NCBI GenBank assembly: GCA_902797985.1 | Contig: CADBUZ010000010.1 | Coordinates: 6,755 to 70,754, forward strand | Direction of reading: 5' to 3' | Source: an uncultured bacterium | GTDB lineage: Bacteria; Cyanobacteriota; Vampirovibrionia; Gastranaerophilales; Gastranaerophilaceae | Length of the DNA stretch: 64,000 nucleotides | Shown here: positions 19,009 through 28,113 of the stretch, one piece after another | How the letters are laid out: each line of letters begins with the position of its first letter | Numbering within the stretch: the stretch's first letter is position 1 | Notes under the pieces: generated by a model | Told to the model about the DNA's origin: nothing | The model's database searches: none | What the model saw: only the letters and a program-made list of their open reading frames with translations | Made by a program: the position numbers and the translations under genes

Positions 19009-19157
19009 ATTTCCTAAATTATACATCACTTTCAAATCAAATGCAAAATTATACTACCCACACTGACTGGCTAAATCTGTAATGAAAACACTTGAAAAGA
19101 GAACAATAATTTATTAGTCAGTTTTGGGGAATGTACCCCAATTAAAGGAGGTTAAAA

Positions 19158-21086
19158 ATGACGATTAGAAAACTTACTGTGGCAGCTGCAATTGCCGTTG
19201 GTATAACAACGTGTTCTATCACATCTGCAATGGCAGCATGCCCTTGTAACGAACGTCCTGTTGTAACAGCACCGTCATGTGGCTGTGAACAGGAACGACC
19301 TGTTGTGACAGGTCAAGCTTGTCCTTGTGAGGCAACACCTACCAAATGTGATACACCTGCTTCTGCTATGTGTCCTAGTACTCTTGGTGCAAGTCCATCT
19401 AATATGAGACAAATATACGCTTATCCAAACTCAATCTATGGATACAATAACTATATTGGGGAGGATTTCACCAATGGCGTGTTTCGCGGGGACGGATTCT
19501 CAGTTTCAGCAAGGGGATTATCTGAAACAACAAGTGGTTCAATGGTTAGCTCAGACGGCTCAATAACAGGCGCTGCTGCTAATATCCCTTGCCTTAACGA
19601 CTTATCTTCTCATAACGGTATTCGTATTATGAGAGATGAAGCAAAAATGGACGGTAACAGCACTCCCATCCATATGGAAACCACTAACTCACTAGAAGCT
19701 ATTAAGAAAACTCTCGTTCCATACGACCTTAATAAAGAAGGATGTGTAACAGGTGGTGCTGCCGGACTTCACAGAGATTACAACAATATTGGAAGCTCTT
19801 TCCCTGACGTTTCTAACGGTTATTGGGCTTCTTGTGATATAACTAAACTCGCTATGAACGATGTTGTTGTAGGTTACCCTGATAGCATGTTTAAACCTAC
19901 AAGAAACATCTCCAGAGCTGAATTTGCAACTATGCTAGTCAAAGGGTTTAACAAAGAAAGTGCTGCAAGCACAACTAATGCTTTTAGAGATGTCCCTTCC
20001 GGACACTGGGCAAATAATATGATTGGTCAAGCTGTTCATGAAAACTTACTTAAAGGTTACCCTAACGGCTTATTCAAACCATCTAACCCTGTGACAAGAG
20101 CAGAAGTTCTTTGCGCTATTTCTAAAGCAATCCCTTGCGATATAGACAACTGTAAAGCTCAAGAAATTTTATCAAAATACTCTGACGGTAAAACCGTTCC
20201 TGCTTGGGCACAAGTACCTATCGCAAAAGCACTTAACCAAGGTGTGCTCGATAATTCACCAAATCCTCGTGTAATTGCACCATTTAAAGATGCTACAAGA
20301 GCTGATGTAGCTTCTATGCTTCAAGCTGCAAGAATCGCAGGCGGATTTGATACGAACCCATCTACAGCTAACAACTGCTGTCCTGTTCAAAAAGAAGATA
20401 GAACTGCTTATGTAGAAAATCAAGAAATCGTAAAAATTCCTACATTACAGTTAGAATTTAAAGATCAAGTAAATGCTAAATCTTCTCACGTTGGACAAAA
20501 ATTTGCGGCTAAAACTTTAGAAGAAGTAACTATTGACGGTCAAGTATTCCCTGAAGGTTCTAACGTTTACGGTAAAGTAATCGAAGTTATAAGACCATCA
20601 GGCTGCCAAAAAGGTGCCCTAAAACTTGCATTTACAGAAATTGAAAACTGTGGCTGCAGAGCAACTCTTCCTCGCCAAATTTTAACAGCACAAGTGAATA
20701 AATCAAACACTCCAAATATAGTATCAAGAATTGTTACTGCTCCTCTTACTTGGGCAGGTTCAATGATAGGTATTGTTGGTAGAACAACAGGCGGTATGTT
20801 ATCTAACTTAGGTAACGCCGGTGAAGACGTAGCTTCAGGTGTTGGTATTGCATTGGGCGAAGTTTTCCAAGGTCAATTTGTTGCAGCTGGCAGAAGCTTA
20901 GCTGATGCTACCGTTGATACCCTTAAAGCACCTATCAACTTAACTAGAACTGCTTTATCAGGAACTTTAGGATTATTGCAATCTACCGGTGATGAAGTAG
21001 CTTATATGGTTGATGCTAAAGGTTATAAAATCTCTGCAATCAATCCGAAAGAACACGTTACCATTGCTTTCGGCTGTAGCGAATAG
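19158..21086 (+). CDS. Secreted SLH-domain envelope protein (3 SLH repeats) with Cys-rich N-terminal region
   Basis: GGAGG RBS and signal peptide MTIRKLTVAAAIAVGITTCSITSAMA. Three SLH-like repeats: FPDVSNGYWA...GYPDSMFKP...ISRAEFATML, FRDVPSGHWA...GYPNGLFKP...TRAEV, and a third ending TRADVASML. Confidence 0.75.
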   Translation: MTIRKLTVAAAIAVGITTCSITSAMAACPCNERPVVTAPSCGCEQERPVVTGQACPCEATPTKCDTPASAMCPSTLGASPSNMRQIYAYPNSIYGYNNYIGEDFTNGVFRGDGFSVSARGLSETTSGSMVSSDGSITGAAANIPCLNDLSSHNGIRIMRDEAKMDGNSTPIHMETTNSLEAIKKTLVPYDLNKEGCVTGGAAGLHRDYNNIGSSFPDVSNGYWASCDITKLAMNDVVVGYPDSMFKPTRNISRAEFATMLVKGFNKESAASTTNAFRDVPSGHWANNMIGQAVHENLLKGYPNGLFKPSNPVTRAEVLCAISKAIPCDIDNCKAQEILSKYSDGKTVPAWAQVPIAKALNQGVLDNSPNPRVIAPFKDATRADVASMLQAARIAGGFDTNPSTANNCCPVQKEDRTAYVENQEIVKIPTLQLEFKDQVNAKSSHVGQKFAAKTLEEVTIDGQVFPEGSNVYGKVIEVIRPSGCQKGALKLAFTEIENCGCRATLPRQILTAQVNKSNTPNIVSRIVTAPLTWAGSMIGIVGRTTGGMLSNLGNAGEDVASGVGIALGEVFQGQFVAAGRSLADATVDTLKAPINLTRTALSGTLGLLQSTGDEVAYMVDAKGYKISAINPKEHVTIAFGCSE

Positions 21087-21145
21087 TAAGTTGCGGTCAT
21101 TTGAGATTATAATATCTCTTTTCTCTGCATTTTCGCTCATATGCG

Positions 21146-21180
21146 TAAGCCGTCCAAAAGGACGGCTTATTGCTTTTATA
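21146..21180. terminator. Bidirectional hairpin terminator between convergent genes
   Basis: Perfect hairpin TAAGCCGTCC-AAAA-GGACGGCTTA at 21146-21169, followed by a T-rich tract. Confidence 0.6.
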
Positions 21181-21186
21181 ATCTTT

Positions 21187-22461
21187 TTATTTAGCCAATT
21201 TTATACAAAATTCTGCCCATTCTCCCTCTTTGCTATCAACGGTTAATTCTCCATTATGAGCAGACACTACCTTGTAAGAATAATACAAACCCAATCCTGT
21301 TCCTATTTTCCTGAACTTTTTACTCGCTGAATAATATCTGTTAAAAATTTTATCAATATCTTCTTTTGCAACACCTTTTCCATAATCTTTTACATATATA
21401 TATGAATGATTGTCTTTTTGTTTTGCTTTTAACTCTATATTTGTATCCGGTTTTCCATATATGATAGAATTATTAACAAGATTTTTTAATACACGCTTAA
21501 ATTGCATATAATCAACATTTATCTCAAAATCATTCTTTATATCAACAATAATTTTGTTATTTGTTTTATGTGCAATTGCTTCCATTTCTGATGATATTTC
21601 TTCTAAAAAACTCCTTACAGACACTTTTTCAAGATTTAATTCAACCTCACCCTCTTTTACCTTATATGTATCAAGAACTATTTGAACTAAATCTAACAGC
21701 TCTTTATTTGAAGATTTCATAGAATTTAATGCCTCTTTTTGATTTTCAGTAATTTCTCCAAACTTTTCGTTCAATAAAAATTCAAGCATATTAGCTTCTG
21801 CAATTATAGGAACTTTTAAATCATGAGTTAAAGTTGCAACAAAATCTTCTTTTAATGATTCTATTTCTTTTTGGTCTGTATAGTTAGAAATAACAACCAT
21901 ATACTTACCCTTATGTTCTTTAAACTCCAAAGGCTTTGTACTTGCTCTAAAAAACAAATCTTTTGCACCTTTTACAATTACTTCTTCATTCTCTAACTCA
22001 TCAAAACTGTTACCGCTTGAAACAGTTATAAATTCCTCAAGTTTTTTATTTAATATTTTTGACGACTTTAACCAATTTTTTATATTTTGATTACAATCTA
22101 ATATTTTAAATTTTTCATCACAAACAATAATCCCCTCAGTCAAAGAATCAAAAAGTGTTGATAAAAAATTATTCTTCTTTGTAAGCTCCATTTGATATTC
22201 CGTAATCATTTTTTCTCTATCATTTAGAGTTTCAATCATACGGTTAATACTTTTTGTAAGCTGTGACATCTCTTTTGGGGAAGATTCTGCTCTAACTGAC
22301 AAGTTCCCATAACGAACGGAATCCGCTATAGTATTCATATCACCTAAATAATCTTGTATCTTTTCAAATTTTTTGCGCAGCTTACTGTTTCTGCGATACA
22401 AATAAACACCCGCAGCACCGGTTAATATTATTCCAGCTATTAATCCTAATTTTATTAACAT
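21187..22461 (-). CDS. Membrane sensor histidine kinase (TM, PAS-like, HisKA, HATPase_c)
   Basis: H-box TLTHDLKVPI, N-box NLVNNSIIYG, G1 VKDYGKGV and G2 GTGLGLYYS. There is an N-terminal TM helix. No cognate response regulator is adjacent. Confidence 0.8.
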   Translation of the reverse strand: MLIKLGLIAGIILTGAAGVYLYRRNSKLRKKFEKIQDYLGDMNTIADSVRYGNLSVRAESSPKEMSQLTKSINRMIETLNDREKMITEYQMELTKKNNFLSTLFDSLTEGIIVCDEKFKILDCNQNIKNWLKSSKILNKKLEEFITVSSGNSFDELENEEVIVKGAKDLFFRASTKPLEFKEHKGKYMVVISNYTDQKEIESLKEDFVATLTHDLKVPIIAEANMLEFLLNEKFGEITENQKEALNSMKSSNKELLDLVQIVLDTYKVKEGEVELNLEKVSVRSFLEEISSEMEAIAHKTNNKIIVDIKNDFEINVDYMQFKRVLKNLVNNSIIYGKPDTNIELKAKQKDNHSYIYVKDYGKGVAKEDIDKIFNRYYSASKKFRKIGTGLGLYYSYKVVSAHNGELTVDSKEGEWAEFCIKLAK

Positions 22462-22473
22462 AATTATCTGATA

Positions 22474-22791
22474 TTACAAATACTTTTCTATATTAGAAAT
22501 AATCGTTGACTTTGGAACAAGACCAACCATTCTTTCAACAGCTTCACCATTTTTAAATACTAAAAGACTAGGCAAACCACTTACTGAATATTGTTTCAAC
22601 AATTCTCTATTTTCATCTGTATCAACTTTAACAATTTTAGCTTTATCAGAAAACATTGTTTCTATTTCATCTAACACAGGTGATAATTTACGACAAGGGC
22701 CACACCACTTTGCACCAAAATCCACAATTACAGGTACTTCTGATTTTATAACTTCTTCTTCAAATGTCGCTTCTGTTATATTTTTAGGCAT
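22474..22791 (-). CDS. trxA: Thioredoxin
   Basis: 105 aa with the WCGPC active site and the typical thioredoxin pattern throughout. Confidence 0.9.
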   Translation of the reverse strand: MPKNITEATFEEEVIKSEVPVIVDFGAKWCGPCRKLSPVLDEIETMFSDKAKIVKVDTDENRELLKQYSVSGLPSLLVFKNGEAVERMVGLVPKSTIISNIEKYL

Positions 22792-22875
22792 AATCCCTCC
22801 TTTTTAATATTTACTATTCATTTAATAATAGCATATCTTTATTTTTTATGCTATTATTCAAGTGGAGAGAAAATT

Positions 22876-23793
22876 ATGCCTAGAAAAAAAGTTATTGAAA
22901 TTGTTCTGGATACAGAAACAACAGGATTAGATTATACAAAAGAAAAAATTATAGAATTTGCAGCTGTAAGATTAGAAAATGGGAAAATCAAAGATTCTTT
23001 TCAAACTTTGATTAATCCTGAACAACATATTAGGAAATCAAGTATTGCTATACATGGAATTACACAAGATATGGTAGCGGACGCACCTACTGAAGCTGAA
23101 ATTCTGCCTCAAATCAGAGATTTCATTGGGGATTATCCTATTGTCGCTCACAATGCTATTTTCGACCACTCTTTTTTAAATGAAGCATATAAACGAGTTT
23201 TCAAGAAAAAATTTGAAAACGAAAGAATTGACTCTCAAATGATGTTTAAAGAAATTTGCCCTGATTTAGAATCTCATGGTTTAGTTGCATTAACCGAAAA
23301 GTTTAATGTGACTATGGAAAACCACCACAGAGCAATGGATGATACAATGGGACTCGCTCTTGCTTATCCTAAACTTAAAAAACTGTATTTACAAAAATAC
23401 GATTGGCAAGTAAAACAATTAGATAATATTGATTATTTATTTGAAAGATTCTTAAGAATACAACAAAGTATCAACACTATGCAAGCTGAACTGCAAGACT
23501 TAAAATCAATATTCAAACTACACTTTGAAATGGGTGGAGGGCCTATTACTGCAGAAGACGGTGACACTATGGTTTACCAATCTAAAAGATCTTTTGGCTA
23601 TAAATTATCTGATATTAAAGGAGTTCTTGAAGAATTAGGTTCTTTTGAAAAAGCCGTTAAACTTAACAATGGCTTCATTGACAGATTATGTAACAGTATG
23701 AGTCTTTCTGATGAAAACAGAAAAATACTTTGTGATGCAAGAAAAACTCTTTCTGAAACCAGAAATCTTCAAATTCTAAAACCTAACAAATAA
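22876..23793 (+). CDS. DnaQ/epsilon-like 3'-5' exonuclease with uncharacterised C-terminal domain
   Basis: ExoI VLDTETTGL, ExoII VAHNAIFDHSFL and ExoIII-epsilon HRAMDD. Confidence 0.75.
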   Translation: MPRKKVIEIVLDTETTGLDYTKEKIIEFAAVRLENGKIKDSFQTLINPEQHIRKSSIAIHGITQDMVADAPTEAEILPQIRDFIGDYPIVAHNAIFDHSFLNEAYKRVFKKKFENERIDSQMMFKEICPDLESHGLVALTEKFNVTMENHHRAMDDTMGLALAYPKLKKLYLQKYDWQVKQLDNIDYLFERFLRIQQSINTMQAELQDLKSIFKLHFEMGGGPITAEDGDTMVYQSKRSFGYKLSDIKGVLEELGSFEKAVKLNNGFIDRLCNSMSLSDENRKILCDARKTLSETRNLQILKPNK

Positions 23794-23795
23794 TT

Positions 23796-24278
23796 TTATA
23801 CTATATACTTTTTCAAGATTAAGTTTTTCAAGGCTTTTGCGTTAATAGCTTGCGGTTCTATTTGAAGTAATTTTTCTAAATATTCAAGTGCCTTATGGTA
23901 ATCTTCAATCTTCTTATAGGCAGCTGCCATTGCATATAGAGCATCTATAAATTTAGGATCTAACTCTAATGCCTTTTCTAAATCTGCAATTGCTTTTTTA
24001 ATATCAGGATTTTCAATATCTTTTCTTGATAACGATATATAAGCTTTATTATAATACGCATCCGTCATCTCAGGATTTATTTGTATTGCCTTTGTATAAT
24101 CCAGCATCGCCTCATCATAATTTCCAAGTGCTTGATTAACAACCCCTCTGTAAAAATAAGAAATTTCCCAATCATCTTTTAATTCAATTGATTGGGTTAT
24201 AAATTTCAAAGCCTCTGTATATTTTCCGGTGTGAATATATTCTATACCTTGATCGATATATGTTTTATAATCTGTCAT
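23796..24278 (-). CDS. TPR repeat protein
   Basis: Repeated 34-aa A/Y/L patterns (YFYRGVVNQALGNYDEAMLDYTKAIQINP and similar). Confidence 0.7.
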   Translation of the reverse strand: MTDYKTYIDQGIEYIHTGKYTEALKFITQSIELKDDWEISYFYRGVVNQALGNYDEAMLDYTKAIQINPEMTDAYYNKAYISLSRKDIENPDIKKAIADLEKALELDPKFIDALYAMAAAYKKIEDYHKALEYLEKLLQIEPQAINAKALKNLILKKYIV

Positions 24279-24344
24279 AAATACCTCTTTTTAAATATTA
24301 TAATAAATATTTTTAACATAAAACACTTATTTATATTTTTTCTG

Positions 24345-25202
24345 TTACCTCATTTGTACTAGTTTTTTTAGGTTAAAAGCCTCCCTTAATTCATCAACAA
24401 TTTTTGCAGACATTGTTTTAACACTATATGCAGAAGTATCACTTACCGACGTAACTTTTTTATTTTTTATCAAATTCGGATATTCATTTTTAAAATATTC
24501 CATATCTTTATTTTCCAAATTAAACACATCCTTATGCGCAATGTAACATAATTCTTCATCGGCATCTAAATCAACCTTTAAAGCTTTATTGGCTTTAAAC
24601 TTCTCGGAAGAAGCTTTTCCATAGTCAACAAATCCCATCCAAGGATCTACTATTACTGATTTATTATCAGGATAAGTTCTATATTTATATCTGTCTTGTG
24701 CCATTAAATACTTATTATTGTATGTATGTACAAAATCATAACCGCCATTTTCTGATTCTTTGAAATTTACACCAACAACTGTATGATCAATTGGACGCAT
24801 AGATTTTGTTTTTTTGTTATATGCAAATAAATCTAAAATTTTAACATCTTCATATCCGTTAAGCTTCAATGCAACATAAGCTGCATCTGAGAGTTCTCCG
24901 CAATTTCCCGCCTTATAATTTTTCATATTTGCAATTTCTCTAAACAATTTATCTTGCGGGGTTCTTCCTATGTATGCATGAATCCTTGTCTTGTAAATCA
25001 AATTACTTAAATAATCTACATAATTTTTAACTCTAGGACTTTTAGACACACTAATTGTACTATTAAATTTCGAATTAGATAATACGGGAAATTCGTTTAT
25101 TACAACACGACAGACATTATCTATCTCCTTTATTTCTTTATTGCGAGATGTATATGGAATATTATTATTTAAATTATAATTTATTGAAGTATATATATTC
25201 AT
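24345..25202 (-). CDS. Hypothetical protein with conserved Cys-His-Asp signature (paralog A)
   Basis: Signature residues lie in AGNCGEL, IDHTVVGVNF and VIVDPWMG. It is a paralog of the gene immediately upstream. The ATG at 25202 lies 8 nt after the upstream stop. Confidence 0.6.
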   Translation of the reverse strand: MNIYTSINYNLNNNIPYTSRNKEIKEIDNVCRVVINEFPVLSNSKFNSTISVSKSPRVKNYVDYLSNLIYKTRIHAYIGRTPQDKLFREIANMKNYKAGNCGELSDAAYVALKLNGYEDVKILDLFAYNKKTKSMRPIDHTVVGVNFKESENGGYDFVHTYNNKYLMAQDRYKYRTYPDNKSVIVDPWMGFVDYGKASSEKFKANKALKVDLDADEELCYIAHKDVFNLENKDMEYFKNEYPNLIKNKKVTSVSDTSAYSVKTMSAKIVDELREAFNLKKLVQMR

Positions 25203-25209
25203 TTTAATT

Positions 25210-26058
25210 TTATTCAAAATACGTTTGAGTTTTACCCAATTTTAATCCTGCATTACGCCTATGGCTAATTGCAACATTTTTAGAAAAATCATCTATGCTG
25301 AATTTATTTTTATTTACAAATTTATAATATAATCTTTCAAATATATTTAGTTTTTTCTTAGTTAATTCGGGATACATATTTTTTAAAACAGCTATATCAG
25401 AACGCTTATACTCTACCGGCTTTATTGTGATATAACAAATAGATTCTCCGTCTTTCAAAACACCATTAAACAAGTGTTGATTATTTTTATATTTCGATGA
25501 TAAATTAGAAGCATAATCTGTCATTCCTAACCAAGAATCAATTATTATACCTTTTCTATCATTAGAATATATTTTTAATACTCCATCGCCGTTATCTACT
25601 CTTGATTTTTCACTAAAATTAAGACCCACAACAGTATGATCAAAGGTTCTGACTGTCTTTGCTTTTCTATTATATGCGCCGAGAGTTAATAATTCTACAT
25701 TTTTTTGTTTATCCATTTTACAAGCAGTATAAGTAATATCTGCCATTTCACCACAGTTTGCCACTTTTATTTGTTTTATAAGTCCCACTTGTTTTATTTT
25801 TGCAATCGTTTTACTTGCTTGTTGACTCAAATACCCGCGCATTTCAGATACCATGTTACCTGCATATGATGATAATTTATAATGAATTGAAGAATGTTGT
25901 GATATATTATTTCGCTCTATTTTTGTATTTGAGTAAACAGGAAACTCTCTCATAACACGACGACAAATACTGTCTGCCATTTTTATTTCTCTATTTCTTG
26001 AACAAAAATTAACAGTTGGTTGAATTGATGTATTAATACAAGAATCTATTTTTTGCAC
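25210..26058 (-). CDS. Hypothetical protein with conserved Cys-His-Asp signature (paralog B)
   Basis: Signature residues lie in VANCGEM, FDHTVVGLNF and IIIDSWLG. It shares the N-terminal block SRNREIK..D.ICRRV..EFPV.SN.K with paralog A. Confidence 0.6.
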   Translation of the reverse strand: MQKIDSCINTSIQPTVNFCSRNREIKMADSICRRVMREFPVYSNTKIERNNISQHSSIHYKLSSYAGNMVSEMRGYLSQQASKTIAKIKQVGLIKQIKVANCGEMADITYTACKMDKQKNVELLTLGAYNRKAKTVRTFDHTVVGLNFSEKSRVDNGDGVLKIYSNDRKGIIIDSWLGMTDYASNLSSKYKNNQHLFNGVLKDGESICYITIKPVEYKRSDIAVLKNMYPELTKKKLNIFERLYYKFVNKNKFSIDDFSKNVAISHRRNAGLKLGKTQTYFE

Positions 26059-26117
26059 AATGGTACCTCAGATAATAGAACGCTTGTGAAAAAAATTTTT
26101 GCCAATTTTTATATGAA

Positions 26118-27860
26118 CTATTTCAAATTGTTACAAAGTGCTTTTGATGACAACGGTTCTCCCGTAAATTGTTCTATCATATCATTTTCATCAATGCTTG
26201 TACCATATTTAAACAAATTATTTTTTAAATATTCAGCAGTTTTATCATTTTCTGTAATATTACCAAGTTTATCTCTCAGATGGTTATACATCTGAGCTTT
26301 CATTAAATCCGCTCTAAAGTAGTTTTGATAATACCCCGGATGCGATAAATAATGAGGAATAGTAGCCCATTCATTATTCAATTCTTCTTCCTCATTTTTC
26401 CCTGCATATTTCACACCCAAATCATGCCAGAGTTTTGGCAAATTTTGATCTGGATTTTCATACATAGACTTTTCAAATCCAATAATTTGCATACACCTAT
26501 TTATAAATTTTGCTTCAGATTTTTTATAATCATTTTTAAAAGCTGTAAGTGTTTCATCTGGAACAATATTTCCAAGAATATTTTCCTGTTGTTGTAAATC
26601 ACCCATCATCATAGCCACCGCCTCTGTTAAAGCAGGGGTAGTATTTTGATCCATAAAAGGTAGTTCTGTATCAATTCCTAAATGATACACACAATGACCC
26701 AACTCATGGCATAGGGTATCAATACTACTTGTATCATTTGTAAGGTTTGCTAATATTCTTGCATCTTTCCCTGCCTGAATATCAAAACAAAAACCATGTG
26801 TGTTTTTATTCTTTCTAGGGAATAAATCAAGAGTTATCGGCATATTATCCACATCATAACCCATTCCTTTATATGCGTTTTTCGCAATATCAACTACTTG
26901 TTCCTTCGTTTTTAATGATTTGTTTATCTCTTTTGCAGGATTATTATTTAATAACAATCCATAGTGATATGCTTTTAAATCCTCCGGTTCAATCCCAAAT
27001 TCTTCCGCTAACTCTTTTTTACTTTCAGTTTGAAGTTTTTTATTTATGTCTTTAGCATTTGTATAAACTTCATCCAACAAATCTTGTAATTGTTCCGGTT
27101 CGACATCGTACATCTCTTTTAAAGTATATTCAAAATAATTCTTATAACCTTTTGATTGAGCAAATTTATTTCTCATTTTAACAAATTCGACCATATCATC
27201 AGCTATTAAATCGCCATTATGAACCTTAGCTTCATAAGCTTTTTCTCTTAAAGCTTCATCTTTTTCTGTTTGCAATAACTTATTAATTTCAGCCTTAGAA
27301 ATTTCCTTTCCATCAACTTTTGGGACATATGAATTAAATTTCATAGCTATTTCATTTTCTTTATCTCTGAGCGCTTTTTTCAATTCGCCAGCATTCAATT
27401 CTTCATCAAATTCACGAGTTAAATCATTTAATTGTTTACTAAGATGTTTATCCTGTAACCCTGCGTCTTTTAATTCTAATAACTTATTATATAAATTTTC
27501 ATCTCGATATAATTCATAAACTTCTTCAGTTGCAGCCTCTGATTTATTTCTGTTTTCATCCGTACTATTAATATAAAAATCCCAATCAGCTTTATACTGC
27601 TTTAACTGCTTTGGTTCTAATTCTTTACAAAAAGCATCTCTTATACTTATAAAATCATTATCCATATTTACCCCTTTTTCATCTATTTTAGCACAATTCA
27701 GCGGATAAAAATAAACTCTGCAATTTTCAGCCCTTAGATCAGATGAATTAACTCTATCATCATTCTTTTCATTATTTGAATTTGATGCGCCGGTAAATGT
27801 TTTTATTTTATAAGAATCTTTCTTCACATCAGATATATTATAATTAGTTAAAATTTTCAT
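26118..27860 (-). CDS. Gluzincin zinc metallopeptidase (M2/M3-like)
   Basis: HELGH zinc motif, with the third ligand candidate in TEAVAMMMGD 24 aa downstream. Length and helical character fit the oligopeptidase-type fold. The exact family is unverified. Confidence 0.55.
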   Translation of the reverse strand: MKILTNYNISDVKKDSYKIKTFTGASNSNNEKNDDRVNSSDLRAENCRVYFYPLNCAKIDEKGVNMDNDFISIRDAFCKELEPKQLKQYKADWDFYINSTDENRNKSEAATEEVYELYRDENLYNKLLELKDAGLQDKHLSKQLNDLTREFDEELNAGELKKALRDKENEIAMKFNSYVPKVDGKEISKAEINKLLQTEKDEALREKAYEAKVHNGDLIADDMVEFVKMRNKFAQSKGYKNYFEYTLKEMYDVEPEQLQDLLDEVYTNAKDINKKLQTESKKELAEEFGIEPEDLKAYHYGLLLNNNPAKEINKSLKTKEQVVDIAKNAYKGMGYDVDNMPITLDLFPRKNKNTHGFCFDIQAGKDARILANLTNDTSSIDTLCHELGHCVYHLGIDTELPFMDQNTTPALTEAVAMMMGDLQQQENILGNIVPDETLTAFKNDYKKSEAKFINRCMQIIGFEKSMYENPDQNLPKLWHDLGVKYAGKNEEEELNNEWATIPHYLSHPGYYQNYFRADLMKAQMYNHLRDKLGNITENDKTAEYLKNNLFKYGTSIDENDMIEQFTGEPLSSKALCNNLK

Positions 27861-27996
27861 AAAAAACCTATATTTTTCTACACAGTATTTTAATACCCCT
27901 AAAACATAATTTTTGCTAGCTGTTGATGAAATTATTAAATATTACGTAATATACTGACATAAAAATCTATTTTTATAACTCACAACACATGCATAA

Positions 27997-28060
27997 AATA
28001 TTTACCCCAATATTTACCCCAATATTTACCCCAATATATTTACCCCAATATATTTACCCC
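27997..28060 (+). repeat. Five tandem copies of AATAT(AT)TTACCCC abutting the gcvT -35 box
   Basis: Units at 27997-28008, 28009-28020 and 28021-28032 are 12 nt each. Units at 28033-28046 and 28047-28060 are 14 nt each. Confidence 0.9.
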
Positions 28061-28090
28061 TTGACATGTATGGGAGTTACCTTTTAAAAT
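28061..28090 (+). promoter_or_regulatory. Candidate gcvT promoter TTGACA-18 nt-TAAAAT
   Basis: TTGACA at 28061-28066, TAAAAT at 28085-28090, RBS GGGAGAG, ATG at 28114. The leader is only about 20 nt. Confidence 0.55.
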
Positions 28091-28113
28091 GTTTTTAAAA
28101 GGGAGAGTGTAAT

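Noticed and set aside
24345-27860. Shared N-terminal secretion-like signal among several proteins (MKI.N.N / NYN-rich starts at 25202, 26058, 27860 and 51601)
   Set aside because: The similarity is confined to Asn/Ile/Lys-rich residues that are expected by chance in an AT-rich genome. It is not a supportable motif without statistics.
27997-28060. Possible CRISPR array or minisatellite
   Set aside because: The units are only 12-14 nt and directly adjacent with no spacers, and no cas genes are present in the window. I interpret it as a promoter-proximal tandem repeat instead.
28061-28113. Glycine riboswitch upstream of gcvT
   Set aside because: Only about 50 nt lie between the repeat array and the ATG, and about 20 nt after the candidate -10. 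That is too short for even a single glycine aptamer, and no conserved aptamer-like stems were seen.
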